DNA of 64,000 bases. Origin: Pseudomonadota bacterium (GTDB lineage: Bacteria > UBA10199 > 2-02-FULL-44-16 > JAAZCA01). The notes beneath the pieces were generated by a model, which saw only the letters and a program-made list of their open reading frames with translations, made no database searches and had not been told where the DNA came from. The position numbers were made by a program, and so were the translations under genes. Within the stretch, counting starts at the first letter, position 1, and each line of letters starts with the position of its first letter. This document shows positions 19,596-28,158 of the stretch, piece by piece. The stretch spans positions 1 to 64,000 of the forward strand of contig JAZDOG010000090.1 of NCBI GenBank assembly GCA_043798915.1, given 5' to 3'.

Positions 19596-19715
19596 AGAAT
19601 GACCGGGTTAAAAATCACAGCCGGATTAAGTGTCTCATGAATAAAGACGAAGGTCGAGACCCGACCCCGATTCCGAATATGAGAACGGAGGACCACCGGG
19701 TTATGAGCTTATGCC

Positions 19716-20009
19716 TTACTTATTCAGAGCTGGAGCAGTTTTTAGCTCGCCGGTGCACAGGACCAGCACGGCGGATGTCTCATTAACGCTGTAGAAGCCA
19801 TCGTTGTGAGGAAAGTAGTCAATACTCGAAACCAACGGGGTCGCTGAGCACGTGTAAGAAGATCTCCCTCCCTGAGGAATCTCTTCGTTGATCACCCTGG
19901 CTGCCTCGTCGCCACAGGCAACCGCGTCGAAGGTATCCCTAGACGCAACCCCTGGGCATCGAACAAGACGCGCGACCGCGCCTTTCTCTCCATCTCCTCC
20001 GCTAAACAT
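19716..20009 (-). CDS. Small hypothetical protein with 4 Cys
   Basis: AGGAGG 5 nt before ATG 20009; 97 aa; no recognisable motif. Confidence 0.4.
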   Translation of the reverse strand: MFSGGDGEKGAVARLVRCPGVASRDTFDAVACGDEAARVINEEIPQGGRSSYTCSATPLVSSIDYFPHNDGFYSVNETSAVLVLCTGELKTAPALNK

Positions 20010-20495
20010 GATAACCTCCTGTGTTGTGTGGTTTGACGTTTGTTTTCCCGTACTGTTTTGATCTGGCCATCTTTTCAAAAATCTTTGTTCGTTTTCATTG
20101 CTGTTTACGGTGTTGTCCCGCCGGCCCTGAACAGGTGGGGGAGTTCGAGTTCAACGAGCTCTTTCACTTGTGCCGGGGAAAGAAACGTGCCGCCTCCTGT
20201 GATCACCACATCGTTTCTCATAATCCAGGCAGAAACAGGTTTGACATTAGGAGCTGATTCAGCGCTGGCCTGTGCCATCAGTGCCGTGGTGTTGCTCGCG
20301 TCCGATGCCGAAATCGGGGTGGCCGGCGATAGGACCCGAAACCGACCTCCTCGCGACGAAGCGCATGCGGGACGGGGGAGCCCGACGGAAGGCGATCGCT
20401 AGAGGGGGCTGGCTTGGATTCCGGGGATGTTGAATTTATCCCGGATCATCCTTGAAAGCGGTCCTGGTTTTTTGTGATCAGCGCACGGCAAAAAA

Positions 20496-21929
20496 CTAGG
20501 CCAAAAGGCCATCGAGCTCAAGAATTCGATGAAAATAGCCTTCCTGAAGAAGATCTTTTGTCGGTGGCGACGCAGTGACGAGCACCCTTTCTATTGTCCA
20601 CTTTTTGGGGTTTGGAAGTACACGTATCTTTCCCTCCACAGAGGCAATGACCTCCTTGCCGACCGGGTCGTCTTGGAATTTCATTTCACAAAGGGTGATG
20701 ATACGATCGGCCCGCATGAAGAGCATGTCGATCTGGGCTCCCGATCTCTGGTCCTTGCGGCTATACCATGAACCACAGTCATAGCGGACCGCGCTGAAAC
20801 CCAGCTTGTCGGCGATAACCTGATGGTGGTAATAACAGAAGCGCTCGAATGCGAGCCCCTGCCAGATCGCGTATCGTTGAGGCGAAACGAATTGCGCTAT
20901 CCTGCCTTCGCCACGACCATCTCTGATCCTGCGGAGCGAGGGATGGATAAAACGGAAATAAAAGAGGAGATAGGGGTCTTTGATCCTGTAGCGGTTAAGG
21001 CGCTCCGAAGTTCCTCTTTGAACAGGCGCATAGCTTTCTATAAATCCGGCAAGTTCCAGATCCTCCAGGTAATCGGAGGTGTGGCCGCCCGACTGGATAT
21101 GGCATTTTTTCATCAAATCATCCCTCGTGGCAAATCGGGCTTTTGCCAGCGTCATCAGGATATTTTTGTAGTGCCTGTTTTTGCCGAAGTGGCTTGCAAA
21201 TATCCTTTCAAATTCGCTGGTCAGCAATCCATTGGGCGAAAAACAGAGCGATTCCATGTTCCGCGCCGCCGACCGCGACGGGTCTATCATCTTGAGATAA
21301 TGGGGTATGCCGCCGACGCACATATAGAGTTCGACAAGTTCCCGACAAGACCGCTGGGGAACGAAGATGGTTTTGATCTCCTCGACAGAGAGGGGTTTTA
21401 AATCCATCTCCAGCCCGACACGCCCATAGAGCGCTTTGGAACGGATTACCTTTTTCACGAGGAAGGAAGATATTGAACCGCAGAGGATCAGATGGATATT
21501 GTTCTTCTTTTGAAAGTGATTGTCCCAGACGTATTTCAAAGCGCTGACAAGGTCGTCCCGTTCAGCGGCCATCCATTGAAATTCATCCATAAGGACAGCC
21601 GTCTTCTTTTTTCCAAGATGTTCAGAAAGGAGGATGAGGATATCTATCCAGCTCGATCTCTTCATCAATGCGTGTTTGCGCTGGCAGGCGCAGGCGGCGA
21701 GTTGATCAAGAAATGCCTTTTTTTGATTTGGCGTCGGCTGGCCTTCGATGCCTTCGAACTTTATCAACCCCTTGCCGCTGAATGCCTCCTCGATGAGCCG
21801 CGTCTTGCCGATCCGGCGTCTGCCGTAAATGACGGTCAGCGCCGACTCGTCCTTTTGCGCGATGCCGCGCAGTGCACGGATCTCACTTTTTCTGCCTAAA
21901 AATGGAATATTTTGAACCGGGCCATTCAC
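20496..21929 (-). CDS. Archaeal-type ATPase (ATPase_2) + wHTH + DUF234-like nuclease
   Basis: FLGRKSE, YGRRRIGKT, MDEFQW, LCGS, GGIPHYL, DPYLLFYFRF, AQIDML...CEMKF. Confidence 0.82.
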   Translation of the reverse strand: MNGPVQNIPFLGRKSEIRALRGIAQKDESALTVIYGRRRIGKTRLIEEAFSGKGLIKFEGIEGQPTPNQKKAFLDQLAACACQRKHALMKRSSWIDILILLSEHLGKKKTAVLMDEFQWMAAERDDLVSALKYVWDNHFQKKNNIHLILCGSISSFLVKKVIRSKALYGRVGLEMDLKPLSVEEIKTIFVPQRSCRELVELYMCVGGIPHYLKMIDPSRSAARNMESLCFSPNGLLTSEFERIFASHFGKNRHYKNILMTLAKARFATRDDLMKKCHIQSGGHTSDYLEDLELAGFIESYAPVQRGTSERLNRYRIKDPYLLFYFRFIHPSLRRIRDGRGEGRIAQFVSPQRYAIWQGLAFERFCYYHHQVIADKLGFSAVRYDCGSWYSRKDQRSGAQIDMLFMRADRIITLCEMKFQDDPVGKEVIASVEGKIRVLPNPKKWTIERVLVTASPPTKDLLQEGYFHRILELDGLLA

Positions 21930-21935
21930 GATGGA

Positions 21936-21965
21936 AATGTAGGCTTAATGGCCGCTTTTTGTAAA
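21936..21965 (-). promoter_or_regulatory. sigma70 promoter, probably leaderless, for the ATPase gene
   Basis: Minus strand TTTACA-18-TACATT, 6 nt before GTG 21929; inverted GGCCATT/AATGGCC brackets the -10 and start codon. Confidence 0.55.
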
Positions 21966-22161
21966 TAGAAAAAACAGGTTTTTGCGGGCTACAACCCTTT
22001 ATCCACACCACCGGTCACGGACCACTGGTTAAATCGAATATTACGCCGGTTTATCATGTATTTGGATCAGTGGTCCGAGACGAAGTCTGCGGGAGCTGGC
22101 TTGGGTTTCAGGGACGAGACTCTCCGAGAGAAAAATTGCACCTGTCGGGGAATGTCGCGGT

Positions 22162-23484
22162 TTACTTCCTGCCTAGAAATCCATCCAGCACCGAGTTCAG
22201 GGTCGGCTCTCCCATCTCTTCGAGGTCGTAGCGAACGCGCATCATCGGTTTGTCGACGTCGATGACGCGGGAGAGGTCGATCGGGCTTCCGTTGAGGATG
22301 AGATCGCACGGCGTGGCCTTGATCGAGGTCTCCAGGTCTTTCAGCTGATCCTCATAATATCCGAGTGCGGGTATGAGCTTGCCGAGGTTCGGATATTTTA
22401 CGTAGGCGTCCTTGATCGATCCCACGGTGAATGGTTTCGGGTCGACTATCTCCGCGGCGCCGAATTCATCGGCAGCCACCATCCCCGCGCCGAAGGTCAT
22501 TCCGCCGTGAGTCAGCGTCGGGCCGTCCTCGATGACCAGCACGCGCTTTCCCTTCACAGCCGCCGGGTCATCGACCGTGAGCCTCGATGCCCCTTTGATC
22601 ACCTTCGCATCCGGATTGCAGTGCTTGATGTTGGCGAGGACCGTGTTCAGCTGCTCCGCGCTCGCCTGCTCGTACTTGTTGATGACCAGCACGTCCGCCG
22701 TGAGGAAGTTGGTCTCTCCCGGGTGGTAGCTGCGCTCGTGTCCGGCGCGCAAGGGGTCGAGCACCGTGATCTCGAGGTCGGGCTCCACGAAGGGCGTGTC
22801 GTTGTTGCCGCCGTCCCAGATGATGACATCGGCCTCCTTCTCGGCCCGCCGCACTATCTCCTCGTAATCGACGCCGGCGTATACGACCAGCCCGTGGTCG
22901 ATGTAGGGCTCGTATTCCTCGCGCTCTTCGATCGTGCAGTTGTGGCGGTCCATGTCGTCGTAACTCGCGAAGCGCTGCACGGCCTGTTCGGCTAGATCTC
23001 CGTACGGCATCGGATGGCGTATCGCCACGACCTTCTTGCCGCGCTTCTTCAATAGCTCCACGATCTTCCTGGCCGTCTGGCTCTTCCCGCATCCCGTGCG
23101 TATCGCGCAGACCGAGATCACCGGGACCTGCGACTTGATCTGAGTGAATCGCGGCGAGAGCAGCGAGTAGTTGGCGCCGGCGGCCATGACCTGCGATCCC
23201 TTCTGCATGACATACTCGTGCGGCACGTCGCTGTAGGAGAAGACGACCTCGTCTATCTTCTCACGCTTGATGATGTCGGTTAGATCCTCTTCCGGATAGA
23301 TCGATATGCCGCCGGGATAGTTCTTTCCCGAGAGCGCGGGCGGATACCTCCGCCCTTCGATGTTGGGGATCTGCGTCGCGGTGAACGCGACCACCTCGTA
23401 GAGGGGATTGTCGCGGAAATAGGTGTTGAAGTTATGGAAGTCGCGGCCCGCGGCCCCCATTATCAGAACGCGTTTTTTTGTCAT
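22162..23484 (-). CDS. P-loop NTPase of the cyclic 2,3-diphosphoglycerate synthetase-like family (possible arginine synthetase ArcE)
   Basis: GAAGRDFHNFN, AFTATQIP, RTGCGKSQT, RHPMPYGDL, WDGGNND, EDGPTLTHGGM. Confidence 0.75.
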   Translation of the reverse strand: MTKKRVLIMGAAGRDFHNFNTYFRDNPLYEVVAFTATQIPNIEGRRYPPALSGKNYPGGISIYPEEDLTDIIKREKIDEVVFSYSDVPHEYVMQKGSQVMAAGANYSLLSPRFTQIKSQVPVISVCAIRTGCGKSQTARKIVELLKKRGKKVVAIRHPMPYGDLAEQAVQRFASYDDMDRHNCTIEEREEYEPYIDHGLVVYAGVDYEEIVRRAEKEADVIIWDGGNNDTPFVEPDLEITVLDPLRAGHERSYHPGETNFLTADVLVINKYEQASAEQLNTVLANIKHCNPDAKVIKGASRLTVDDPAAVKGKRVLVIEDGPTLTHGGMTFGAGMVAADEFGAAEIVDPKPFTVGSIKDAYVKYPNLGKLIPALGYYEDQLKDLETSIKATPCDLILNGSPIDLSRVIDVDKPMMRVRYDLEEMGEPTLNSVLDGFLGRK

Positions 23485-23493
23485 GGCATCACC

Positions 23494-24939
23494 TTATTTT
23501 TTCAAGAGGCGTTTATAGAGCTCGCAATATTCGTTGGCAGACCTCGTCCACGAGAAATCCGCTTCCATCGCTGCTGCGACAAGCTTCTTCCACAGCGCCG
23601 GCGCGTCGTAAGCGGCGAGCGCCCTGTCGATCGCGGCGACGAGATCTATCTTCGTGAGGCCCGTGAACTTGAATCCAGTTCCGCCACTTCCATCGAAGTC
23701 CGAGATGGAATCGTCGAGACCTCCGGTCGCCCGGACGATCGGGATCGTACCGTATTTCAAGCTTATCAGCTGGTTCAAGCCGCAGGGCTCGTAGCGCGAC
23801 GGCATGAGGAACATGTCGGAGCCAGCTTCAATCTGATGGGCCAGCGCGTTGTCGTACGCGAGCGTCAAGCCCACGTTTGCCGGGTATTTCGCCGCCGCGG
23901 CCTTGAGCATCTCCTCGTATTTGGGCTCGCCCGTGCCGAGGATAGCCAGCTGGACGCCGCGCTTGACGAGATCCTCCGTCGCCTCGGCCAGGATGTCGAA
24001 TCCCTTCTGCACCGTGAGCCTGCCGACGATCCCGATCAGCGGGCTGGCCGGGTTGACCGTGAGGCCCAAGCGCTTCTGCAGTGCCGCCTTGCAGGCCGCC
24101 TTGCCGCTCATATTCGCGGGCGTGAACTTTTCGGGGATGAACTGATCGGTCTCCGGGTTCCACTCGTCGTAGTCGATTCCGTTCAATATGCCGAAGAGGC
24201 TGGCCTTCCTGAAGGAGAGCGCCGCTTCGAGGCCGCAGCCGCATTCGGGCGTGAGTATCTCCTTCGCGTATTTTTTGCTCACGGTGCTGATCGCGTCGGA
24301 GTAGACGATGCCGCCCTTGAGGAAATTCAATTTTCCCCAGAACTCGAGCTTGTCGAAGGTGAAGAAGTCCCATCCGAGCCCCGTGATCCTCATGTCGTCC
24401 GCCGGGAAGAGCCCCTGGTAGCCCAGGTTGTGGATCGTGAGGAGGGTCTTCGTCCCGGCGAATTCTTTTCTCTCGCGGTAGAGGCTCTTCAAGTACACGG
24501 GCACGAGGGAGGCCTGCCAGTCATGGACGTGCACGATGTCGGGCTTCAGCTTCATCGCGATCATCGTCTCGATGGCCGCCCGGGAAAAGAAGACGAACCG
24601 TTCCGCGTTGTCGGGATAGTCGCCGTCCTTGGTCTGGTAGAGCTCCTGCCTGTCGAAGAAGGTGGACTGGGATATGAAATAGACCGTGAGTCTCGGCTCC
24701 CGCGAGCATGAGAATATCTCTCCTTCGATGCGCCAGTCGCCGAACTGCACGTCGATCTTCTTGCCGGTGCTCTTGATGCCGAATTTCTCCGGTTTGGTTA
24801 TCTTGCCGTACCAGGGCATGATGATCGTGACCTGTTCTCCCGCCTTCGCGAGCGCGCGCGGAAGCGTTCCGGCGACGTCAGCCAGCCCGCCGGTCTTGGC
24901 AAACGGGACGACCTCTGAAGCGATTGTCACGATATTCAT
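23494..24939 (-). CDS. glgA: Glycogen synthase
   Basis: KTGGLADV, HVHDWQ, TIHNLGYQG, GILNGID, MPSRYEPCGLNQ, TGGLDD. Confidence 0.95.
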   Translation of the reverse strand: MNIVTIASEVVPFAKTGGLADVAGTLPRALAKAGEQVTIIMPWYGKITKPEKFGIKSTGKKIDVQFGDWRIEGEIFSCSREPRLTVYFISQSTFFDRQELYQTKDGDYPDNAERFVFFSRAAIETMIAMKLKPDIVHVHDWQASLVPVYLKSLYRERKEFAGTKTLLTIHNLGYQGLFPADDMRITGLGWDFFTFDKLEFWGKLNFLKGGIVYSDAISTVSKKYAKEILTPECGCGLEAALSFRKASLFGILNGIDYDEWNPETDQFIPEKFTPANMSGKAACKAALQKRLGLTVNPASPLIGIVGRLTVQKGFDILAEATEDLVKRGVQLAILGTGEPKYEEMLKAAAAKYPANVGLTLAYDNALAHQIEAGSDMFLMPSRYEPCGLNQLISLKYGTIPIVRATGGLDDSISDFDGSGGTGFKFTGLTKIDLVAAIDRALAAYDAPALWKKLVAAAMEADFSWTRSANEYCELYKRLLKK

Positions 24940-24949
24940 ATTATCCCCC

Positions 24950-25981
24950 TCATGCCAGTTCCAGTTCCCTCAGGAACTGAGCAGAGATCTCCGGCGCCGT
25001 AGGATTGATGTAGAACCCCGACCCTCGCTCAAATCCTGCCACGCGCGATATGCGCGGCGTAATCTCGATGTGCCAGTGGTAGTAGGGCATATCCGGCATC
25101 GACACGGGCGAGGTGTGGAGCATGAAGTTGTACGGCGGATTCGAGAGCGCCTTGTTGAGCTTCTTGAGCGTGCGCTGAAAGAGCGTCGTCAGGTTCTGTA
25201 TCTCGTGCTTGGTGGCGTCCTCGTAGTGGGCGTCGTGGCGCTTGGGCAGGACCCATGTCTCGAACGGAAAGCGCGGCGCATACGGGCAGATGGCGAGGAA
25301 GTCCTCGTTCTCCGCGATGACGCGCTTCTGGTCTTCGAGCTCCTGGGTCACGAGATCGCAGAAGAGGCAGCGCTCCTTGTAGTCATAGTATTCCTTGCAG
25401 CCGTTCATCTCCTCGATCACCGCCTTCGGGACGATCGGCAGGGCGATGAGCTGCGAGTGGGTGTGTTCGAGAGAGGCGCCGGCGCGCTCGCCGTGGTTCT
25501 TGAATATAAGGATGTAGCGGAAGCGCTTGTCCTTCTTGAGATCCATGATGCGGTCGCGATAGGCCCAGAGCACGTCCTGAAAGCGCTGCTCCGATAGATC
25601 GGCGAGACTCGCATTGTGGTCCGGGGATTCTATGATGACCTCGTGCGCCCCGATGCCGTTCATCATGTCGTAGATGCCGTCGCCCTTGCGCCCCAGTTCG
25701 CCTTCGATCATCAGCGCCGGGAACTTGTTGGGGACCACGCGCAGCGTCCACCCGGGCTTGTTGGGTGAGCCGCCCTCGGACCTGTAGGCCAGGACTTCCG
25801 GCGGCGTTACCCCCTCGTTGCCGGAGTCGAACGGGCAGAACTTGGGCTTGGCCGCCGGCGCGGCAACCGCTGCTTCCGCCGGTTTCTCGGCGGGTTTTGC
25901 GAGATCTGTGGGGCGCTTCGACCGCTCGGTCGAGATGATCACCCAGCGGCTGACTATCGGATCTTTGCGAAGCTCGGGCAT
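24950..25981 (-). CDS. galT: GalT-family (HIT) nucleotidyltransferase
   Basis: MPELRKDP...ERSKRP, CPF, VVPNKFPAL, GAHEVIIESP, GASLEHTHSQ (HxHxQ); AGGAG RBS. Confidence 0.88.
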   Translation of the reverse strand: MPELRKDPIVSRWVIISTERSKRPTDLAKPAEKPAEAAVAAPAAKPKFCPFDSGNEGVTPPEVLAYRSEGGSPNKPGWTLRVVPNKFPALMIEGELGRKGDGIYDMMNGIGAHEVIIESPDHNASLADLSEQRFQDVLWAYRDRIMDLKKDKRFRYILIFKNHGERAGASLEHTHSQLIALPIVPKAVIEEMNGCKEYYDYKERCLFCDLVTQELEDQKRVIAENEDFLAICPYAPRFPFETWVLPKRHDAHYEDATKHEIQNLTTLFQRTLKKLNKALSNPPYNFMLHTSPVSMPDMPYYHWHIEITPRISRVAGFERGSGFYINPTAPEISAQFLRELELA

Positions 25982-26031
25982 GGAAACTCCTTCCTGTTGA
26001 TTGTTGATCCCAAAAATGACAGCGCACCCCA

Positions 26032-28146
26032 CTATATTGTCTCGATCGAAATGCCAACGGAAAACTTTGCGTTGCCCCCGCTCCAGTCGGGCTGCCATGC
26101 GAGCCAGATCGCGGAGCCCTGATACATGCGATCGAAACCCTTCTCGGACTGCGACACGGTTTCGACCGGCATGACGAGCGCCCGGGGCGCATCCGCTTCG
26201 ATCCGGAGCCTGAAGCCGAACGCGCGGTCCACCGCATCGATTTGACTTACGCCCTCGAGCGAGCGGACAGCGTCCATGAATACCTCCCCCGGCTCAACTC
26301 CTTTCCACTGGTAGTAGCGGTCGCGGTCGTGGCCCGCCAGCAGTGTGAAATTAATTTCAGTGGCGAGCCACATCGGAGGGCGGCCCTTGCCGGTGTGCCT
26401 CCAGCTGTAGTGCACATCGAGGTGTCCTCCAGCCCCAAGCCTGTACTCCTTTTCTATGGCCAGAGACGCGCCAGAGGCCGTCACGCATTCCGCGGCGAGC
26501 ACCACGGAGGCGCCATCCGCGCCGCAGCGGTGCGAGGCGATCCTGCAGGGGAAAGCGGAGACGGCCGGCGAGTCGTCATTCTTTTTCTCCAGGATCGATT
26601 GCCAGCGCGGCTCGATGTCGAATGCGTGGTCGATGAACGCGTATCGCGGCAGGCGATCGTAGGTGAGGAGCTTCTCCAAGCCGCCGATGTCCTTGCCCAG
26701 GTCGTGGATCGACGGTATGGCGCCGTCGCCGGCATGCCTGTGGCCGTTCTTCGCCGCGTGGTAGGCCTCGAAGCGGCGGGCCAGCGTGTTTAAGATGTTG
26801 AAGCGGGCGGGGCGCCAGTCGAGCTCCGCCAAGCTGCCTCCGGCATCCGGCTTCACGATGCACAAGAGCTTCTCGTTTGAGAGGATCGCCTCGTCAAACC
26901 CGTCGCGATCCACATCGGCTATCTCCAGGCGCGTGAACGGGCCTTCCCCTTCGAGCGCGCGGTCGACGGCCGAGTCGGCGTCTATCAGGTTCTGGTAGAG
27001 GGCGTGCCTCAAGTAGTTGAGGTAGAGGCCGCCGAAGAGCCCGTGCCAGTATGCGCAGTTGCACTGCGCCCGGTAGAGGGCGCTCCTCGCCTCCGTGAGC
27101 TTTGCGCCTTTTGCCTCGGCCGCATCGATCTTGTCGGAGACGTGGATGGAGCGCTTGTGGATCAGGTTGCTCTCCGGATATTTCGTCAGGAAGTTGTCCC
27201 AATATCCGCCGCGGAAGAACGGCGCGGATTTTTCCCAGAGGCCAGCCTGTTCGATGGATATTTTCGCGTCGTTGTAGGCGACGATCGACTCGGCAGGCAT
27301 CGCCCACTCGAGCATCTCGCTGTAGGAGGCGGTGGGGAGGTATATGCGGCCCTCGGGTTTGCGCATCCCCATGTATTCGCTGAAGGCGATCGTCGCTATG
27401 CGGTCGGCTGCCTTCTCCAAACCGGCGAGAAATCGCTCGAGCCAGCCCTTCGCTATCACCCAGTCGTACGTCCCCGGCCAGACTCCGAACTTCTCGCCGT
27501 CGTCGCCGTAGGTGACCGCCTTCCCCGGAAATCTATCCTGAAGGTGCAGCAGGTGTCCGATCACATCCTCGGGCATTTTGAACGGGATGAGATAGCGGAG
27601 CATCTTGTCGCTCGGGAATATCGAGACGGACTTGCCCGCGCGCTCCGTGCGCCAGTAGCCGAAGAGCGTCTCGCCCGTCTGGCCCGCGTGCCTGAAGTGC
27701 TGGTCGTCGAGTATCGTGAACGAGATGCCGGCGTCGTGGAGGAGCGCCGCGAGCGAGGGCTCCCACACTCTTTCGGCCAGCCACATGCCCGCGGGCTTTT
27801 TGCCCGTGCGCTTCTCCCAGAAGCGCTGCATCATCCCTATCTGCCCCAGCGCATCGGAGGGCTTGAGTATCGGCAGTATCGGTTCGTAGTAGCCGCCCCC
27901 GAGAATTTCGAGCTGACCGCGGGTGGTGAGCGCCGCCACGCGATCGAGATAGTCGCCCTCGTGTTTGGCCGCCCAGTCGAGGAGGGGCCCAGAGTGGTGC
28001 AGGGAGAAGCGGATCGAGGGATGGCGCTCGAAGGCCTCGAGGACAGGCCGATAGCAGCGCTTGAACGCATCCGCAAAGACGCCTTCGAAATTCCCCACAG
28101 GCTGGTGATGGTGAAGGCCCAATAATAAATAAATCGGCTCTGCCAT
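26032..28146 (-). CDS. GH57 4-alpha-glucanotransferase / alpha-amylase (DUF1925/DUF1926)
   Basis: HHHQP, YYEPIL, WLAERVWE, GDDGEKFG, AQCNCAYWHGLFGG, VSQSEKGF. Confidence 0.88.
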   Translation of the reverse strand: MAEPIYLLLGLHHHQPVGNFEGVFADAFKRCYRPVLEAFERHPSIRFSLHHSGPLLDWAAKHEGDYLDRVAALTTRGQLEILGGGYYEPILPILKPSDALGQIGMMQRFWEKRTGKKPAGMWLAERVWEPSLAALLHDAGISFTILDDQHFRHAGQTGETLFGYWRTERAGKSVSIFPSDKMLRYLIPFKMPEDVIGHLLHLQDRFPGKAVTYGDDGEKFGVWPGTYDWVIAKGWLERFLAGLEKAADRIATIAFSEYMGMRKPEGRIYLPTASYSEMLEWAMPAESIVAYNDAKISIEQAGLWEKSAPFFRGGYWDNFLTKYPESNLIHKRSIHVSDKIDAAEAKGAKLTEARSALYRAQCNCAYWHGLFGGLYLNYLRHALYQNLIDADSAVDRALEGEGPFTRLEIADVDRDGFDEAILSNEKLLCIVKPDAGGSLAELDWRPARFNILNTLARRFEAYHAAKNGHRHAGDGAIPSIHDLGKDIGGLEKLLTYDRLPRYAFIDHAFDIEPRWQSILEKKNDDSPAVSAFPCRIASHRCGADGASVVLAAECVTASGASLAIEKEYRLGAGGHLDVHYSWRHTGKGRPPMWLATEINFTLLAGHDRDRYYQWKGVEPGEVFMDAVRSLEGVSQIDAVDRAFGFRLRIEADAPRALVMPVETVSQSEKGFDRMYQGSAIWLAWQPDWSGGNAKFSVGISIETI

Positions 28147-28158
28147 ATGAAACCTCGA

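Noticed and set aside
19596..19715. yybP-ykoY manganese riboswitch upstream of mntP
   Set aside because: Expected from context, but I could not find its conserved motifs by eye; needs an Infernal search
20105..20449. Minus-strand frame with ATG 20449 and one internal TAG (readthrough or pseudogene)
   Set aside because: No recognisable protein similarity and no pyrrolysine machinery seen; likely chance
21999..22081. DnaA box TTATCCACA and an adjacent 14-bp imperfect inverted repeat as an origin
   Set aside because: Single box, no cluster, no AT-rich unwinding element or dnaA nearby
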